Assembly (NCBI GenBank): GCA_025458525.1
Contig: JALOSF010000002.1
Location: 1,159 to 65,158, forward strand
Reading direction: 5' to 3'
Source of the DNA: Cypionkella sp.
Lineage (GTDB): Bacteria; Pseudomonadota; Alphaproteobacteria; Rhodobacterales; Rhodobacteraceae
DNA: 64,000 nucleotides
Shown: positions 29,360-38,733 of the stretch, piece after piece
Layout: every line of letters begins with the position of its first letter
Numbering within the stretch: position 1 is the stretch's first letter
Translations under genes and position numbers: made by a program
Notes under the pieces: model-generated
What the model was told of the DNA's origin: nothing
Database searches by the model: none
Seen by the model: only the letters and a program-made list of their open reading frames with translations

Positions 29360-29539
29360 ATCTCAGAATCAAGGTCGGGATTTTTGGCCATCGCGGCGAC
29401 ACAGGTCTGTTGCGGCCAACAAATCGTTTAGAAACAATAGCCTATAGCGATGACGTTTATACACGATAAAGACGGTAGACAAATTGATTTTCGGTGTCAT
29501 GCTAAATGAAGCGCCCGCCTGACGACATGGAGACCCCGC

Positions 29540-30013
29540 ATGGACCCGCTTGATCTGATCGACCGCAAGATCGTGGCAGAGCTGATGCGCGACGCGACCC
29601 TGCCGGTGTCACAGATCGCCGACAAGGTCGGATTGTCGCAAACCCCGTGCTGGAAACGCATCCAGAAGCTGCAAGATCAGGGCGTGCTGACAGCCCGCGT
29701 GGCCTTGGCCGATCCGGGAAAGCTGGGCTTTGGCCTCACCGTCTTTGTCGGCATCGAAGCCCCCGACCACACGGCGGAGTGGCGCGATGCCTTTGCCAAA
29801 GCGACCCAATCCATGCCGCAGATCATGGAGGTCTACCGCATGGCCGGAGAGATGGACTACCTGCTGCGCATTGCCGTGCCCGATATGGCGGAATTCGACA
29901 CCCTCTATAAACGCCTCACCGATGCCGTGCCGATCAAGAACGTGACCAGCCATTTCGCGATGGAACGCATGAAGTTCACCACCGCCTACCCCGTCGACAC
30001 CCTGCGCCGCTGA
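29540..30013 (+). CDS. Lrp/AsnC family regulator (DecR-like)
   Basis: LDLIDRKIV, VGLSQTPCWKRIQKL, YRMAGEMDYLLRI. Confidence 0.92.
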   Translation: MDPLDLIDRKIVAELMRDATLPVSQIADKVGLSQTPCWKRIQKLQDQGVLTARVALADPGKLGFGLTVFVGIEAPDHTAEWRDAFAKATQSMPQIMEVYRMAGEMDYLLRIAVPDMAEFDTLYKRLTDAVPIKNVTSHFAMERMKFTTAYPVDTLRR

Positions 30014-30119
30014 CCCGCCAAGAGAATAATCTTCTCTTTCCGCGCCGGTCTTTGGAAACCCTAATCACGACTGATCTGATAGATTTAATCCATCGAAGAG
30101 TCGTAAACAGGAGACCGAG

Positions 30120-30719
30120 ATGACAAAGACCTTGATCGTTCCCGGCCTTGATGCCTCCCCCGCGCCGCATTGGCAGCACTGGTGGGCGGCAACCGAACAT
30201 GACGCAATCACTGTCGAGCTGTCGCAGCCCGACCGGCCCTCGCCCACCCTGTGGGAAACCGAACTCGCAGGCATGATCCTGCGCCACCCGGACAGCATTC
30301 TGGTCGGTCATTCGCTGGGCGCGGTGCTGATCGCCCGCATCCTGACGACCTGGCCGCATCTGCGGGTGCGCGCGGCCCTTCTGGTCGCGCCCGCAGAGAC
30401 AGAAGGCGCGGAGCGGATCGGCCAGTTCGGCGCCATCCCGCAGATGCGACTGGACGTGCCGACAACCGTTGTCGCCAGCCGCAACGACCCGTGGATGAGC
30501 TTTGGTCGCGCCCGCCATCTGGCCCGCGCCTGTGGCAGCAAGATCATCGACATGGGCTTTGCCGGCCACATCAACGTCGCTTCGGGCTTTGGCCCCTGGG
30601 CCCACGGCAAGGAATTGCGCGACGAACTTGCGCAGCGCGCGGCCCCCGCCCCCCATCCAGCCTGCCGCATCGCACGCACCGCCCTGAGCCAGCCCCTCAG
30701 CAAAAGGATCGCGCTATGA
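30120..30719 (+). CDS. RBBP9/YdeN family alpha/beta hydrolase
   Basis: IVPGL..S..HWQ, GHSLG, ASRNDPWM, AGHINVASGFG.W. Confidence 0.9.
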   Translation: MTKTLIVPGLDASPAPHWQHWWAATEHDAITVELSQPDRPSPTLWETELAGMILRHPDSILVGHSLGAVLIARILTTWPHLRVRAALLVAPAETEGAERIGQFGAIPQMRLDVPTTVVASRNDPWMSFGRARHLARACGSKIIDMGFAGHINVASGFGPWAHGKELRDELAQRAAPAPHPACRIARTALSQPLSKRIAL

Positions 30720-30874
30720 ACCGCCTGTTCCGAAACACCACCCCCACCGCCTCCGACTACGCAGGTCTCGCGCTCTTCGCCGTGATCTACCTCGCCGCGC
30801 TCACCTTTGTCGTGGCGCCCGAAACCTTCGTCGCGCAGCCGACCCCGCAAGCGCTTTCCTTCACCTCTGACTGA
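30716..30874 (+). CDS. Small single-TM protein (52 aa)
   Basis: AAGGA RBS, ATGA overlap with the hydrolase stop, TM YAGLALFAVIYLAALTFVV. Confidence 0.6.
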   Translation: MNRLFRNTTPTASDYAGLALFAVIYLAALTFVVAPETFVAQPTPQALSFTSD

Positions 30875-30887
30875 CAGGAGATCTGCC

Positions 30888-31043
30888 ATGCTCGACGACC
30901 GTTTTGACCCCGCTTTCCATCAGGCGTTCATCTCGTCAGAAGCCCATCCTGTTGAACTGCCGGTTCCAAGCTGGGGGCTGGTGCTGATCATGCTTTCCGC
31001 CATCGGCATCATGGCAACTCTCTGCGCCCTGTCGCTGCCATGA
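30888..31043 (+). CDS. Small single-TM protein (51 aa)
   Basis: AGGAGA RBS, C-terminal TM, ATGA overlap with the next gene. Confidence 0.6.
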   Translation: MLDDRFDPAFHQAFISSEAHPVELPVPSWGLVLIMLSAIGIMATLCALSLP

Positions 31044-32434
31044 ATGACCAGAGTCGCGGCGCGATCGGGGCCTCACGTCACCAGCCCCGCTCTGGTCGGC
31101 ATATCCTCATTGTTGGGGGCGGCGCGAGTGGGGTGCTGATGGCCACCCATCTGCTGTCGCAGCCGGCAGAACCGTCCCTTCGCGTCACATTGATCGAAGG
31201 CAATGGCGCACTTGGCAAAGGCATCGCATACTCCACAACCGATCCCGACCATCTGCTGAACACGCGCGTGCACAATATGAGCGCGTTTCCAGACAACCCG
31301 CATCATTTTCACGACTGGCTCTTGTCCCGCCCGGATGGCGGCAAGGTAACCGAACAGTGTTTTGTCAGCCGCGAGACCTATGGCACCTATCTGGCCAGCC
31401 TGCTGAACCCGTGGCGCACGCCAAACGGTGAGGGCCGCCTGCGCGTGGTGACAGGAACTGTTCAGCGCGTCGAAGAAACCGACAGTAAGGTTGCTGCCCA
31501 TCTGGACGATGGAAGCACCCTCAACGGGGACGGTCTTGTGCTGGCCACCGGGCATGTGCAGGCACACCCCAGCCCAGATGGCGCGCTGTCCAATCCATGG
31601 CAGCCGCAACGTGATATCCCGCCCGATGCGCGCGTGGTCATCATCGGCTCTGGCCTGTCGATGGTGGATCAGGTCTTGTCACTGCTGCGCTCCGGGCACC
31701 GGGGCGAGATCCTGTCCATCTCCCGGCGCGGCCAGCTGCCCCGCTCGCACGCCCCGACCAGCCCGCTCAAGATACACCCGGAGTCGATTCCTCTTGGCGC
31801 ACCGATGAGCGTGCTGTTCCGCTGGATGCGCGGTCTTGCCAGACAGGCTGTGCAAGACGGTGGCACATGGCGCGATGCCGTGGACGGCGTCCGCCCGCAT
31901 GTGCGGACCATCTGGCGCAATCTGCCGCAGCAGGACCGCGCGCGGTTTTTGCGCCATGCCGCCACTTGGTGGGATGTGCATCGCCACCGCATGCCAAACT
32001 CCTCGAATGTAGAGATCCGGCTTGCCGTATCGTCCGGCCAACTCGTTCTTTCGCGTGCAAGCTTCCTCACCGCGGTCCGCGTTGACGCAAAGACCCGGCG
32101 CGTCACAGTCAGGCCCAGGGGCACGCAGCGCGAGCTTACGCTGGACGCGGCTCGGGTCATCGACTGTCGCGGTATCCGCAATGACCCCGAAAAACATGCG
32201 TCCCCCCTGTTTGCGGATCTCTTGCAAACCGGGCAGGCGCGGGTAGACCCGCTGCGCATCAGCCTTGATGTCACCGCGGACTGCCAGCTTATCAATGCCT
32301 CTGGGCGTCCATCTGCGCGCATCCGTGCCATCGGCCCCGTGACCCGCGCGACATTCTGGGAAATCACCGCGATCCCCGACATTCGGGAACAGGCCGCAAA
32401 GCTTGCGAAGACGCTGGTGGACGCACGCTCTTGA
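31040..32434 (+). CDS. FAD/NAD(P)-binding protein
   Basis: IVGGGASG, GIAYSTTDPDHLLN, LATGH, IGSGLSMVD, WWDVHRHRM, WEITAIPDIR. Confidence 0.88.
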   Translation: MNDQSRGAIGASRHQPRSGRHILIVGGGASGVLMATHLLSQPAEPSLRVTLIEGNGALGKGIAYSTTDPDHLLNTRVHNMSAFPDNPHHFHDWLLSRPDGGKVTEQCFVSRETYGTYLASLLNPWRTPNGEGRLRVVTGTVQRVEETDSKVAAHLDDGSTLNGDGLVLATGHVQAHPSPDGALSNPWQPQRDIPPDARVVIIGSGLSMVDQVLSLLRSGHRGEILSISRRGQLPRSHAPTSPLKIHPESIPLGAPMSVLFRWMRGLARQAVQDGGTWRDAVDGVRPHVRTIWRNLPQQDRARFLRHAATWWDVHRHRMPNSSNVEIRLAVSSGQLVLSRASFLTAVRVDAKTRRVTVRPRGTQRELTLDAARVIDCRGIRNDPEKHASPLFADLLQTGQARVDPLRISLDVTADCQLINASGRPSARIRAIGPVTRATFWEITAIPDIREQAAKLAKTLVDARS

Positions 32435-32943
32435 GCGGCATAGGGCGCGTCCCGAGCAAGTGAAGAATAGTTTCTTGCGCCACGCATGTTTGGAAGTTCG
32501 CCTTCATGGCGACCAACCCGCTCCAAGACAGGTCAGCTCATCCAGAGCGCAGAGAGTTTTGGTCAGGGCGATCATGACACGACAAGCAGCGGCACGCGGT
32601 CCAGTTTCCGCAGCCACCCCCTCAGACACCCTGATCGGGTCGGTCTGTGGCGCGTTGTGGCTGATCCGAACCGTGTCTCAGCAGCGGCGCTATCCCGGAC
32701 GGGACACCCCGATCCTTCCCTCCAAAAGTGCGATTTCCGACATGACCAACAAGGTCATTGCCGTCCTTTACCCTCGGCATTTTGGGCCGCCGGGTCTGCG
32801 AGCACGGGAAACAGACGCTTTCGTTAAAGCAACCCTCCACGCGGTTCTTGACCCGCGCACGCTTCAGATTGAACTGGAACTGGCGCTTGACCCAAGATCA
32901 TCTCCCGATACGCTTGGAACGACCTCCACAGTCCCATGCAGGG

Positions 32944-34500
32944 TCAGAAATCCGTCGGCGCGCCGCCCTCTTGTTTGCGGCGGGCGACAAAGCGGGTCAG
33001 CTCCTCGCGGGCGCTGTCGTCCATCGGCGGGGCTTCGAACTCGGCGAGGATCTGCTTGTAAAGCTGATGCGCGCGTTCTGGCGTCCAGACCGACCCATCG
33101 GCCTGCCACGCCTCGTAATTGCGCCAATCGCTGACGAAGGGCGCATAGAACGCGGTCTGATAGCGGTCTTGCGTGTGCTGGCAGCCAAAGTAATGCCCCC
33201 CGGCGCCCACCTCGCGGATCGCATCCAGCGCGATGTCGTCGTCGGCGGTGGCAAATGTCACCTCCTCGAAATAGCGCTGGATCATCTGCAAGACTTCGCA
33301 ATCCATCACGAACTTTTCGGGCGACGCGATCAGCCCGCCCTCCAGCCAGCCGGCGGCGTGATAGACAAGGTTGGTGCGCGACTGCACGGCGGCCCAGAGG
33401 CTGTTTGACGTCTCCCACATCGCCTGCCCGTCGGGCACGTTGGCGGCACAGACCCCGCTCGACCGCAACGGCAGGCCGTAGAACCGCACCAACTGCCCGG
33501 TCATCTGTGTGGCGCGCATGTATTCGGGCGTGCCAAAGGCGGGCGCGCCCGATTTCATGTCGACATTGCTGGTAAAGGTGCCGATCGCCACCGGACAGCC
33601 GGGGTTGATGTATTGCAAGAGCGCAATTGCCGCCAAAGCCTCGGCCAAGGACAGCGCCACCGCCCCCGCCATCGTCACCGGCGCCATCGCGCCCGCGAGC
33701 GTAAAGGGCGTCACGATCACCGGCTGGCCGCGCCGCGCCATCCGCATCGCGCCATCCAGCATCGGGAAATCGTGCTTCAGCGGGCTGACCGAGTTGATGT
33801 TGGTGAACATGTGCGGCTGCGCGTCGAACTCGGAGGACGACAGGCCGCCCGCGATGCGCACCATTTCCATCACATCCTCGACCCGCTCGGCGCCCAGCGA
33901 ATAGGCGTGCACCACCTTGTCCGACAGGGTCAGCTGGTCGTGCAGACAGTCCAGATGGCGCACCGAGGCATGCACATCCACCGGTTCCACCGGATAGCCG
34001 CCGTTGAAATGGATGCAGTTGAAATACTGCGTCAACTTGGTGAACTCGCGAAAGGTTTCCAGATCACCCGACCGTTTGCCCCGCGCCAGATCCCAGGCAT
34101 TGGGCGGCGAGGAGACATTGCCAAACAGCATATGCTGGCCGCCCAGCACGATCTGGCGCGCCGGGTTGCGCGGGGTGATGGTGAATTGTGCCGGCGCATG
34201 GCCCAGCATTTCCATCACGAACGCCTCGTCCATGCGGATATTCGTGCCGTTGACCACACAGCCCGCACGGCGCAGGATTTCCACCGCCTCGGGGTTCAGG
34301 AACTCGATCCCGATCTCGGACAGGATCGTCATCGCCCCACGATGGATGCGTTGCACCCCCTCGGCGTCCAGCGGTTCGGTCGGGCGGTCGGGGTTGACCG
34401 GCACCCGCCAGGGCATCTGGTCGATCACCGCGTGACCCGCGCGCGCCTTGTTGCCCGCACGGCCACCCGCCCGCTTCCTGCGGTCCTGCCCGTCACTCAT
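32944..34500 (-). CDS. Trimethylamine methyltransferase family protein (MttB/MtgB-like, no pyrrolysine)
   Basis: NINSVSPL, TPFTLAGAMAPVT, NVDMKSGAPAFGTPE, HAAGWLEGGL; no in-frame amber codon. Confidence 0.92.
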   Translation of the reverse strand: MSDGQDRRKRAGGRAGNKARAGHAVIDQMPWRVPVNPDRPTEPLDAEGVQRIHRGAMTILSEIGIEFLNPEAVEILRRAGCVVNGTNIRMDEAFVMEMLGHAPAQFTITPRNPARQIVLGGQHMLFGNVSSPPNAWDLARGKRSGDLETFREFTKLTQYFNCIHFNGGYPVEPVDVHASVRHLDCLHDQLTLSDKVVHAYSLGAERVEDVMEMVRIAGGLSSSEFDAQPHMFTNINSVSPLKHDFPMLDGAMRMARRGQPVIVTPFTLAGAMAPVTMAGAVALSLAEALAAIALLQYINPGCPVAIGTFTSNVDMKSGAPAFGTPEYMRATQMTGQLVRFYGLPLRSSGVCAANVPDGQAMWETSNSLWAAVQSRTNLVYHAAGWLEGGLIASPEKFVMDCEVLQMIQRYFEEVTFATADDDIALDAIREVGAGGHYFGCQHTQDRYQTAFYAPFVSDWRNYEAWQADGSVWTPERAHQLYKQILAEFEAPPMDDSAREELTRFVARRKQEGGAPTDF

Positions 34501-34599
34501 CTCGCTCTCCTGCCGTCTGCCCGCTGCGGGCGCGTGGCGGCAGGATGGCCCAAAGCCGGGCGCGACGCGATCTTCGACAGCGACGCATCTGCGTCGTTT

Positions 34600-35328
34600 T
34601 TAGGCTGCGCCCCCGGCGAGCCAGAGCGGAAGCGCGCCAATATCGGTCAGAACGACATCGGCATGCGGGGCAAGATCGGCCTTGGTGGCGATGCCGGTCA
34701 GAACCGCCACACAGACCATGCCCGCGGCGCGCCCGGCATGCAGGTCATGCAGACTGTCGCCCACCATGGCGATCCGCGCCGGTGCAAGCCCGGTCTGCCG
34801 GGCAAAGGCAAGACACATGCCCGGCCCGGGCTTCGCCCCATGGCCCGAATCATAGCCCGCGATGAAGTCGAACAGATCGGTCAGGTCATGGGCAGCCAGA
34901 TGCGCGCGGGCCGGCGCCTCGGTGTCGTTGGTGGCAAGGCCCAGACGCAAGCCGCGGGCGCGCAAGCCCTCGAGCAGCGGGCGCAGCGGCACGGCAGGCA
35001 CCATTTCCGCCCGCGCCGCCGCCCGGTTGATGCGCGACGCGATCTCGGCCAGGCTTTGGCCCGGCATATGCGGGGCCAGCGCCTCGGCGATGTCTTGCGC
35101 GGTCGCGGCAATCACGGGGCTTGCCGGATCGAAGGTCCCGCGTGCCAGATCGTAACCGATGGCCGCCGCTAGCCGCGCGGCATGGTCCGGCCCCTCGGAG
35201 ATCTCTGCCACAAGCTGCTGCGCCCATCCCCCCCAACTGCGGCGAAAATCGAACAGCGTGCCGTCCTTGTCGAAAATCACACCCTCGATCATGCCACCTG
35301 CCCCTGCGCCCTGCGTCGTCATGTCCAA
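34600..35328 (-). CDS. HAD family hydrolase
   Basis: FDKDGTL, ATND, KP.PG, MVGDSLHD. Confidence 0.9.
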   Translation of the reverse strand: MDMTTQGAGAGGMIEGVIFDKDGTLFDFRRSWGGWAQQLVAEISEGPDHAARLAAAIGYDLARGTFDPASPVIAATAQDIAEALAPHMPGQSLAEIASRINRAAARAEMVPAVPLRPLLEGLRARGLRLGLATNDTEAPARAHLAAHDLTDLFDFIAGYDSGHGAKPGPGMCLAFARQTGLAPARIAMVGDSLHDLHAGRAAGMVCVAVLTGIATKADLAPHADVVLTDIGALPLWLAGGAA

Positions 35329-35600
35329 TGCGTTGCCTCGCCCCCGGGCAATGCCGCCCTTGCCTGCATCGGCGCGTCATAGCGCAGGCCCGCCGCATCG
35401 CAAAAGGCGATGATCCAGGCGTCTTCCAGCAGCAGGAAATCCAGAACCGACCCCAGAAACTCCGGCTCGGCCGCGCGCTGCGCCAAAGTCTCGGGCGACA
35501 GGCCGGTGGAGTTAAGGAAAACCGGCAACACATCCTCGTTACCGGCGAGCCAGGTTAACGCTTTCAAAGCGAGCATTTCAGCGGATTCTTGCCGAGACAT
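35319..35600 (-). CDS. DUF3572 family protein
   Basis: ALKALTWLA...FL..TG...FLGSVLDFLL..D...ARAALPGG; divergent from pleD-like gene. Confidence 0.8.
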   Translation of the reverse strand: MSRQESAEMLALKALTWLAGNEDVLPVFLNSTGLSPETLAQRAAEPEFLGSVLDFLLLEDAWIIAFCDAAGLRYDAPMQARAALPGGEATHWT

Positions 35601-35671
35601 CGTGTTTTCCCAAGGGTTCAGGCCAGATACAGCCAAGTTGAGACAAAAGGAAAGAAATCCCTTATTGTTTC

Positions 35672-35688
35672 GGCAAGGAATTCTTAAC
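35672..35688 (+). promoter_or_regulatory. CtrA-like binding site
   Basis: GGCAAGGAATTCTTAAC ~48 nt upstream of the pleD-like ATG. Confidence 0.5.
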
Positions 35689-35735
35689 CAAATCATCGCA
35701 TCAAGATGATGACACACAGGTGCGGGTTCCAGGGT

Positions 35736-37133
35736 ATGGATGGCAAGATACTCATCATCGATGACGTCGCCACCAACAGGATCGTGTTCAAGGTAAAACT
35801 TGGCGCGGCCCAGTATAGCCCCATCATGGCTGCGGGCGGCATCGAAGGCCTGCTCCTCGCCCGGCGCGAACAGCCCGATCTGATCCTTCTTGACCTGATG
35901 CTGCCCGATCTGTCGGGGATCGATGTGTTGCGCGCCCTGCGCGACGACCCGGCAACGCGCGAAATTCCGGTGATCGTGGTGTCGTCAACCTCGGCCGTTG
36001 CCGACCGGCTCGCCGCGTTCGAGGCGGGGGCGGATGACGTGTTCGTCAAACCCTATGACGACGATCTGCTGATGGCGCGCTTGCGCAATCTGTTGCGGAT
36101 CCGGCAGGATCTGGCCGATCTGACAAACGGTCCCGACGGGCTGATGTTCGGCATGGCCGAAGCGGGTGGCGAATTCCGCCATCCCGGCACCTTGGTGCTT
36201 GTGACCGACCGGCCGGACATGGCCATGAAGCTGCGGCACGATCTGTCGCCCCTGATCCGCGATACCATTCTGCTGTCGGGGCACAACACAGCCCTGACCG
36301 AGGTGGAGCCGGGCCGCACCCCGCCCGACATCTATGTGATCGACGCGGGCGAAGGTCAGGCAGAGCGGGCGCTGCGCCTGCTCTCAAGCCTGCGCAGCCG
36401 TGCCGCCACCCGCCATGCGGGGATCTGCCTGCTGACCCCGGCCAACGCGCGGACCGATGTTGCCATGGGCTTCGACCTTGGGGCCAATGCGATCCTGTCG
36501 GCCGACATGGGGGCTGCCGAAATCGCGCTGCGCCTGCGGGCGGTGCTGCGGCGCAAACGCTGGGCCGATTTTCGGCGCGAACAGGTGCAGGATGGTCTGC
36601 GCCTGGCGATCATCGACCCGCTGACCGGGCTGTTCAACCGCCGCTATGCCTCGGCCCGTCTTGCCTCGATGGCCGATCAGGCCCGGGCAACCGGGGCCAC
36701 CTTTGCGGTGATGGTGGCCGATATCGACAGGTTCAAGGCGGTGAACGACCAGCATGGCCATGCGGCCGGCGATGAGGTGCTGGTGGAAATCACCCGCCGC
36801 CTTGGCCTCGGCCTGCGGGCGATGGACCTTCTGGCCCGGATCGGCGGCGAAGAATTCCTGATCGCCGTCCCCGCCACCTCGCTGGACGAGGCGCAAGCCG
36901 TCGCCAAACGCCTGTGCCGCCTGATCGAGGAGCGGCCGGTGCGCCTGCCGGGCGGCGAGGCGTTGGCGATGACGCTGTCGATCGGGCTGACGCTGTCCGA
37001 CGATCTGCCCGCCTTTGCCCGGCTGTCCGGCACCGATCTGGTGGATGCGCTGATCGAACGGGCGGACAAGGCGCTGTTGTTGTCGAAAAAGGCCGGGCGC
37101 AATCAGGTCACGCTGGCGCGCAACGCGGCCTGA
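35736..37133 (+). CDS. PleD-like REC-REC'-GGDEF diguanylate cyclase
   Basis: ILIIDD, PDLILLD, GADDVFVKP, DPLTGLFNRRY, I-site RAMD, GGEEF. Confidence 0.9.
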   Translation: MDGKILIIDDVATNRIVFKVKLGAAQYSPIMAAGGIEGLLLARREQPDLILLDLMLPDLSGIDVLRALRDDPATREIPVIVVSSTSAVADRLAAFEAGADDVFVKPYDDDLLMARLRNLLRIRQDLADLTNGPDGLMFGMAEAGGEFRHPGTLVLVTDRPDMAMKLRHDLSPLIRDTILLSGHNTALTEVEPGRTPPDIYVIDAGEGQAERALRLLSSLRSRAATRHAGICLLTPANARTDVAMGFDLGANAILSADMGAAEIALRLRAVLRRKRWADFRREQVQDGLRLAIIDPLTGLFNRRYASARLASMADQARATGATFAVMVADIDRFKAVNDQHGHAAGDEVLVEITRRLGLGLRAMDLLARIGGEEFLIAVPATSLDEAQAVAKRLCRLIEERPVRLPGGEALAMTLSIGLTLSDDLPAFARLSGTDLVDALIERADKALLLSKKAGRNQVTLARNAA

Positions 37134-37141
37134 GCGCGGGC

Positions 37142-37690
37142 TCAGGGGCGGCCCTGATCGCCGCGCGCGCCGCGCTTGGCCACCACGGCTTCCAACCGAT
37201 CCACAAAGGCGGCGCGGTCGGCTTGCGACATCCCGGCAATCAGCCCGATCAAGGCCTCGCGCCCCGCCTCGGCCCGGGCGGCGATGCGCGCGCTGTGCCC
37301 CTCCATCGCCGTGCGCAGCGCTGCCGGATCAAACGGGTCCGCCCGCACCGCCGCGACCACGGCGTCGAAATCGCGGCCCATCTGCGCGCGCATCTCGCGC
37401 AGGCCGGGGCCGCGCGCACCGACATCGCGCAACAGCGCCCGGCGCTGCTCTCGCGTCAACGCCTCCGAAAACGGACCGAAGTTCAGATCGCGCACCGCAC
37501 CCGGGCCCGGCCGACCCTCGCCATGCCCGCGCAGAACCGCGCCCGCGACAACACCCGCCACCGCAAGGTTCAGCGCAAGCGACACCGCCAGCAGAAGTTT
37601 CAGACCCCGCCCAAACGACGAGCCACCAGAGCGAACCGGGCTGGAGGGCGCGGCATCAGGCGGCGGGGAAAGGGGCGGCACATCGGTCAT
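37142..37690 (-). CDS. Periplasmic heavy-metal-sensor / Spy-CpxP-like protein
   Basis: TM LLAVSLALNLAVAG, ALTREQRRAL helical motif, ADPFDPAAL. Confidence 0.7.
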   Translation of the reverse strand: MTDVPPLSPPPDAAPSSPVRSGGSSFGRGLKLLLAVSLALNLAVAGVVAGAVLRGHGEGRPGPGAVRDLNFGPFSEALTREQRRALLRDVGARGPGLREMRAQMGRDFDAVVAAVRADPFDPAALRTAMEGHSARIAARAEAGREALIGLIAGMSQADRAAFVDRLEAVVAKRGARGDQGRP

Positions 37691-38076
37691 TGGGACAGAT
37701 CCTCGGTCAAAAGCGCATCAAATCCGGGCAAAAGATCAAGGCTTTCGCCCGAGACAAGCCCGATCGCCCCGGCCAGATCGATCATCTGCTCGGGCTGGAC
37801 ATAGCCGATCACCAGACCCGCCATCGCCGCGCTGCCAAACCCGGCCAGCGCAAAGGCCCCGCCCAGCGTCGCGACCAGCCGTGCCCAAAAACCGGCACGG
37901 CGCGCCCGGCGCGGCACGGGCTGCGGCCCAGGGGCCCGCGCATCGGCCTGCACCTGCAACGCATCGGCCAGGACGCGCGCCAGAAAGGCATCATCGGGCG
38001 CGGGTGGTGCCCGGCGCGCGGCATCGAGCAGCAGGTCAAGCTCTGCCTCGGCCCTCTTGTCACTCGGCATCGTCAT
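37687..38076 (-). CDS. Putative membrane anti-sigma factor
   Basis: Directly downstream of the ECF sigma; P...FLARVLADA motif and a single TM. Confidence 0.6.
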   Translation of the reverse strand: MTMPSDKRAEAELDLLLDAARRAPPAPDDAFLARVLADALQVQADARAPGPQPVPRRARRAGFWARLVATLGGAFALAGFGSAAMAGLVIGYVQPEQMIDLAGAIGLVSGESLDLLPGFDALLTEDLSQ

Positions 38077-38656
38077 ACCCCAACTCCTCTCGTCGTCCGG
38101 CCAGACTGGCCGCCAAGGCGCGTTTGCCCCGCGCGATCAGGCTCTCTACCGCCTCGACCCCGACCTCCATGATGGAGGCGATGGCCGGGTTGGCAAGGCC
38201 CTCGATATGGCGCAGCACCACCGCCTGCCGCTGGCGATCGGGCAAGGCCGCAAGCGCCGCCTGCAACGCGGCCATGCGATCCGCCTCGATCAGATCGGCC
38301 AGAACCGGCGGGGCCGCGCTCTGCGGCTCTGGCGCGTCGTCCAGGGCTTCGGTCCGCCGCCGCTTGCGCGCCCGCAGCCGGTCTGTCGCCAGATTGCCAA
38401 CCACGCGGTAAAGCCAGGTCGAGACTTGCGCCTCGCCCTGCCGCCAGTCGGGCGCGATGCGCCACAGCCGCAACAGCGCCTCTTGCGCCACGTCTTCGGC
38501 CTCGGCCCGGTCTGACAACATGCGAAAGGCATGCGCCAAGGCCCGCGGCGCAAGGCGCAGCGTCAGCGCCCGCGCCGCCGCAGGATCGCCCGCGGCATAC
38601 CGGGCCAGAAGCGCCTCGTCCGAAAGCGGGGCAAGCGTGTCGCGGGGCATGTCCAT
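38060..38656 (-). CDS. ECF RNA polymerase sigma factor
   Basis: AEDVAQEA, STWLYRV..N...D, LPDRQRQAVVLRHIEGL, ESLIARGKR. Confidence 0.92.
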   Translation of the reverse strand: MDMPRDTLAPLSDEALLARYAAGDPAAARALTLRLAPRALAHAFRMLSDRAEAEDVAQEALLRLWRIAPDWRQGEAQVSTWLYRVVGNLATDRLRARKRRRTEALDDAPEPQSAAPPVLADLIEADRMAALQAALAALPDRQRQAVVLRHIEGLANPAIASIMEVGVEAVESLIARGKRALAASLAGRREELGYDDAE

Positions 38657-38733
38657 CCTGTGCCAGACGTATCGGCAAAAGCCTTGGGCGGAAAGGGCCA
38701 CGCCAGCGCGCGGCCCCGCCCAAAGCCGCCGGG

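Larger units (their letters stand above)
23845..32940. mobile_element. Decayed tRNA-Cys-associated genomic island carrying sulfate uptake genes
   Basis: Begins at the tRNA 3' end with an integrase remnant; AT-richer spacers; degenerate DNA at the right edge; right boundary approximate. Confidence 0.65.

Noticed and set aside
32905-32928. CCGATAC...CCTCCA as attR copy of the tRNA 3' end
   Set aside because: Needs an 8-nt insertion to align; too weak to call an att site
32944-34500. Pyrrolysine recoding in the MttB-family gene
   Set aside because: The frame is open with no internal TAG; it is the common non-Pyl type
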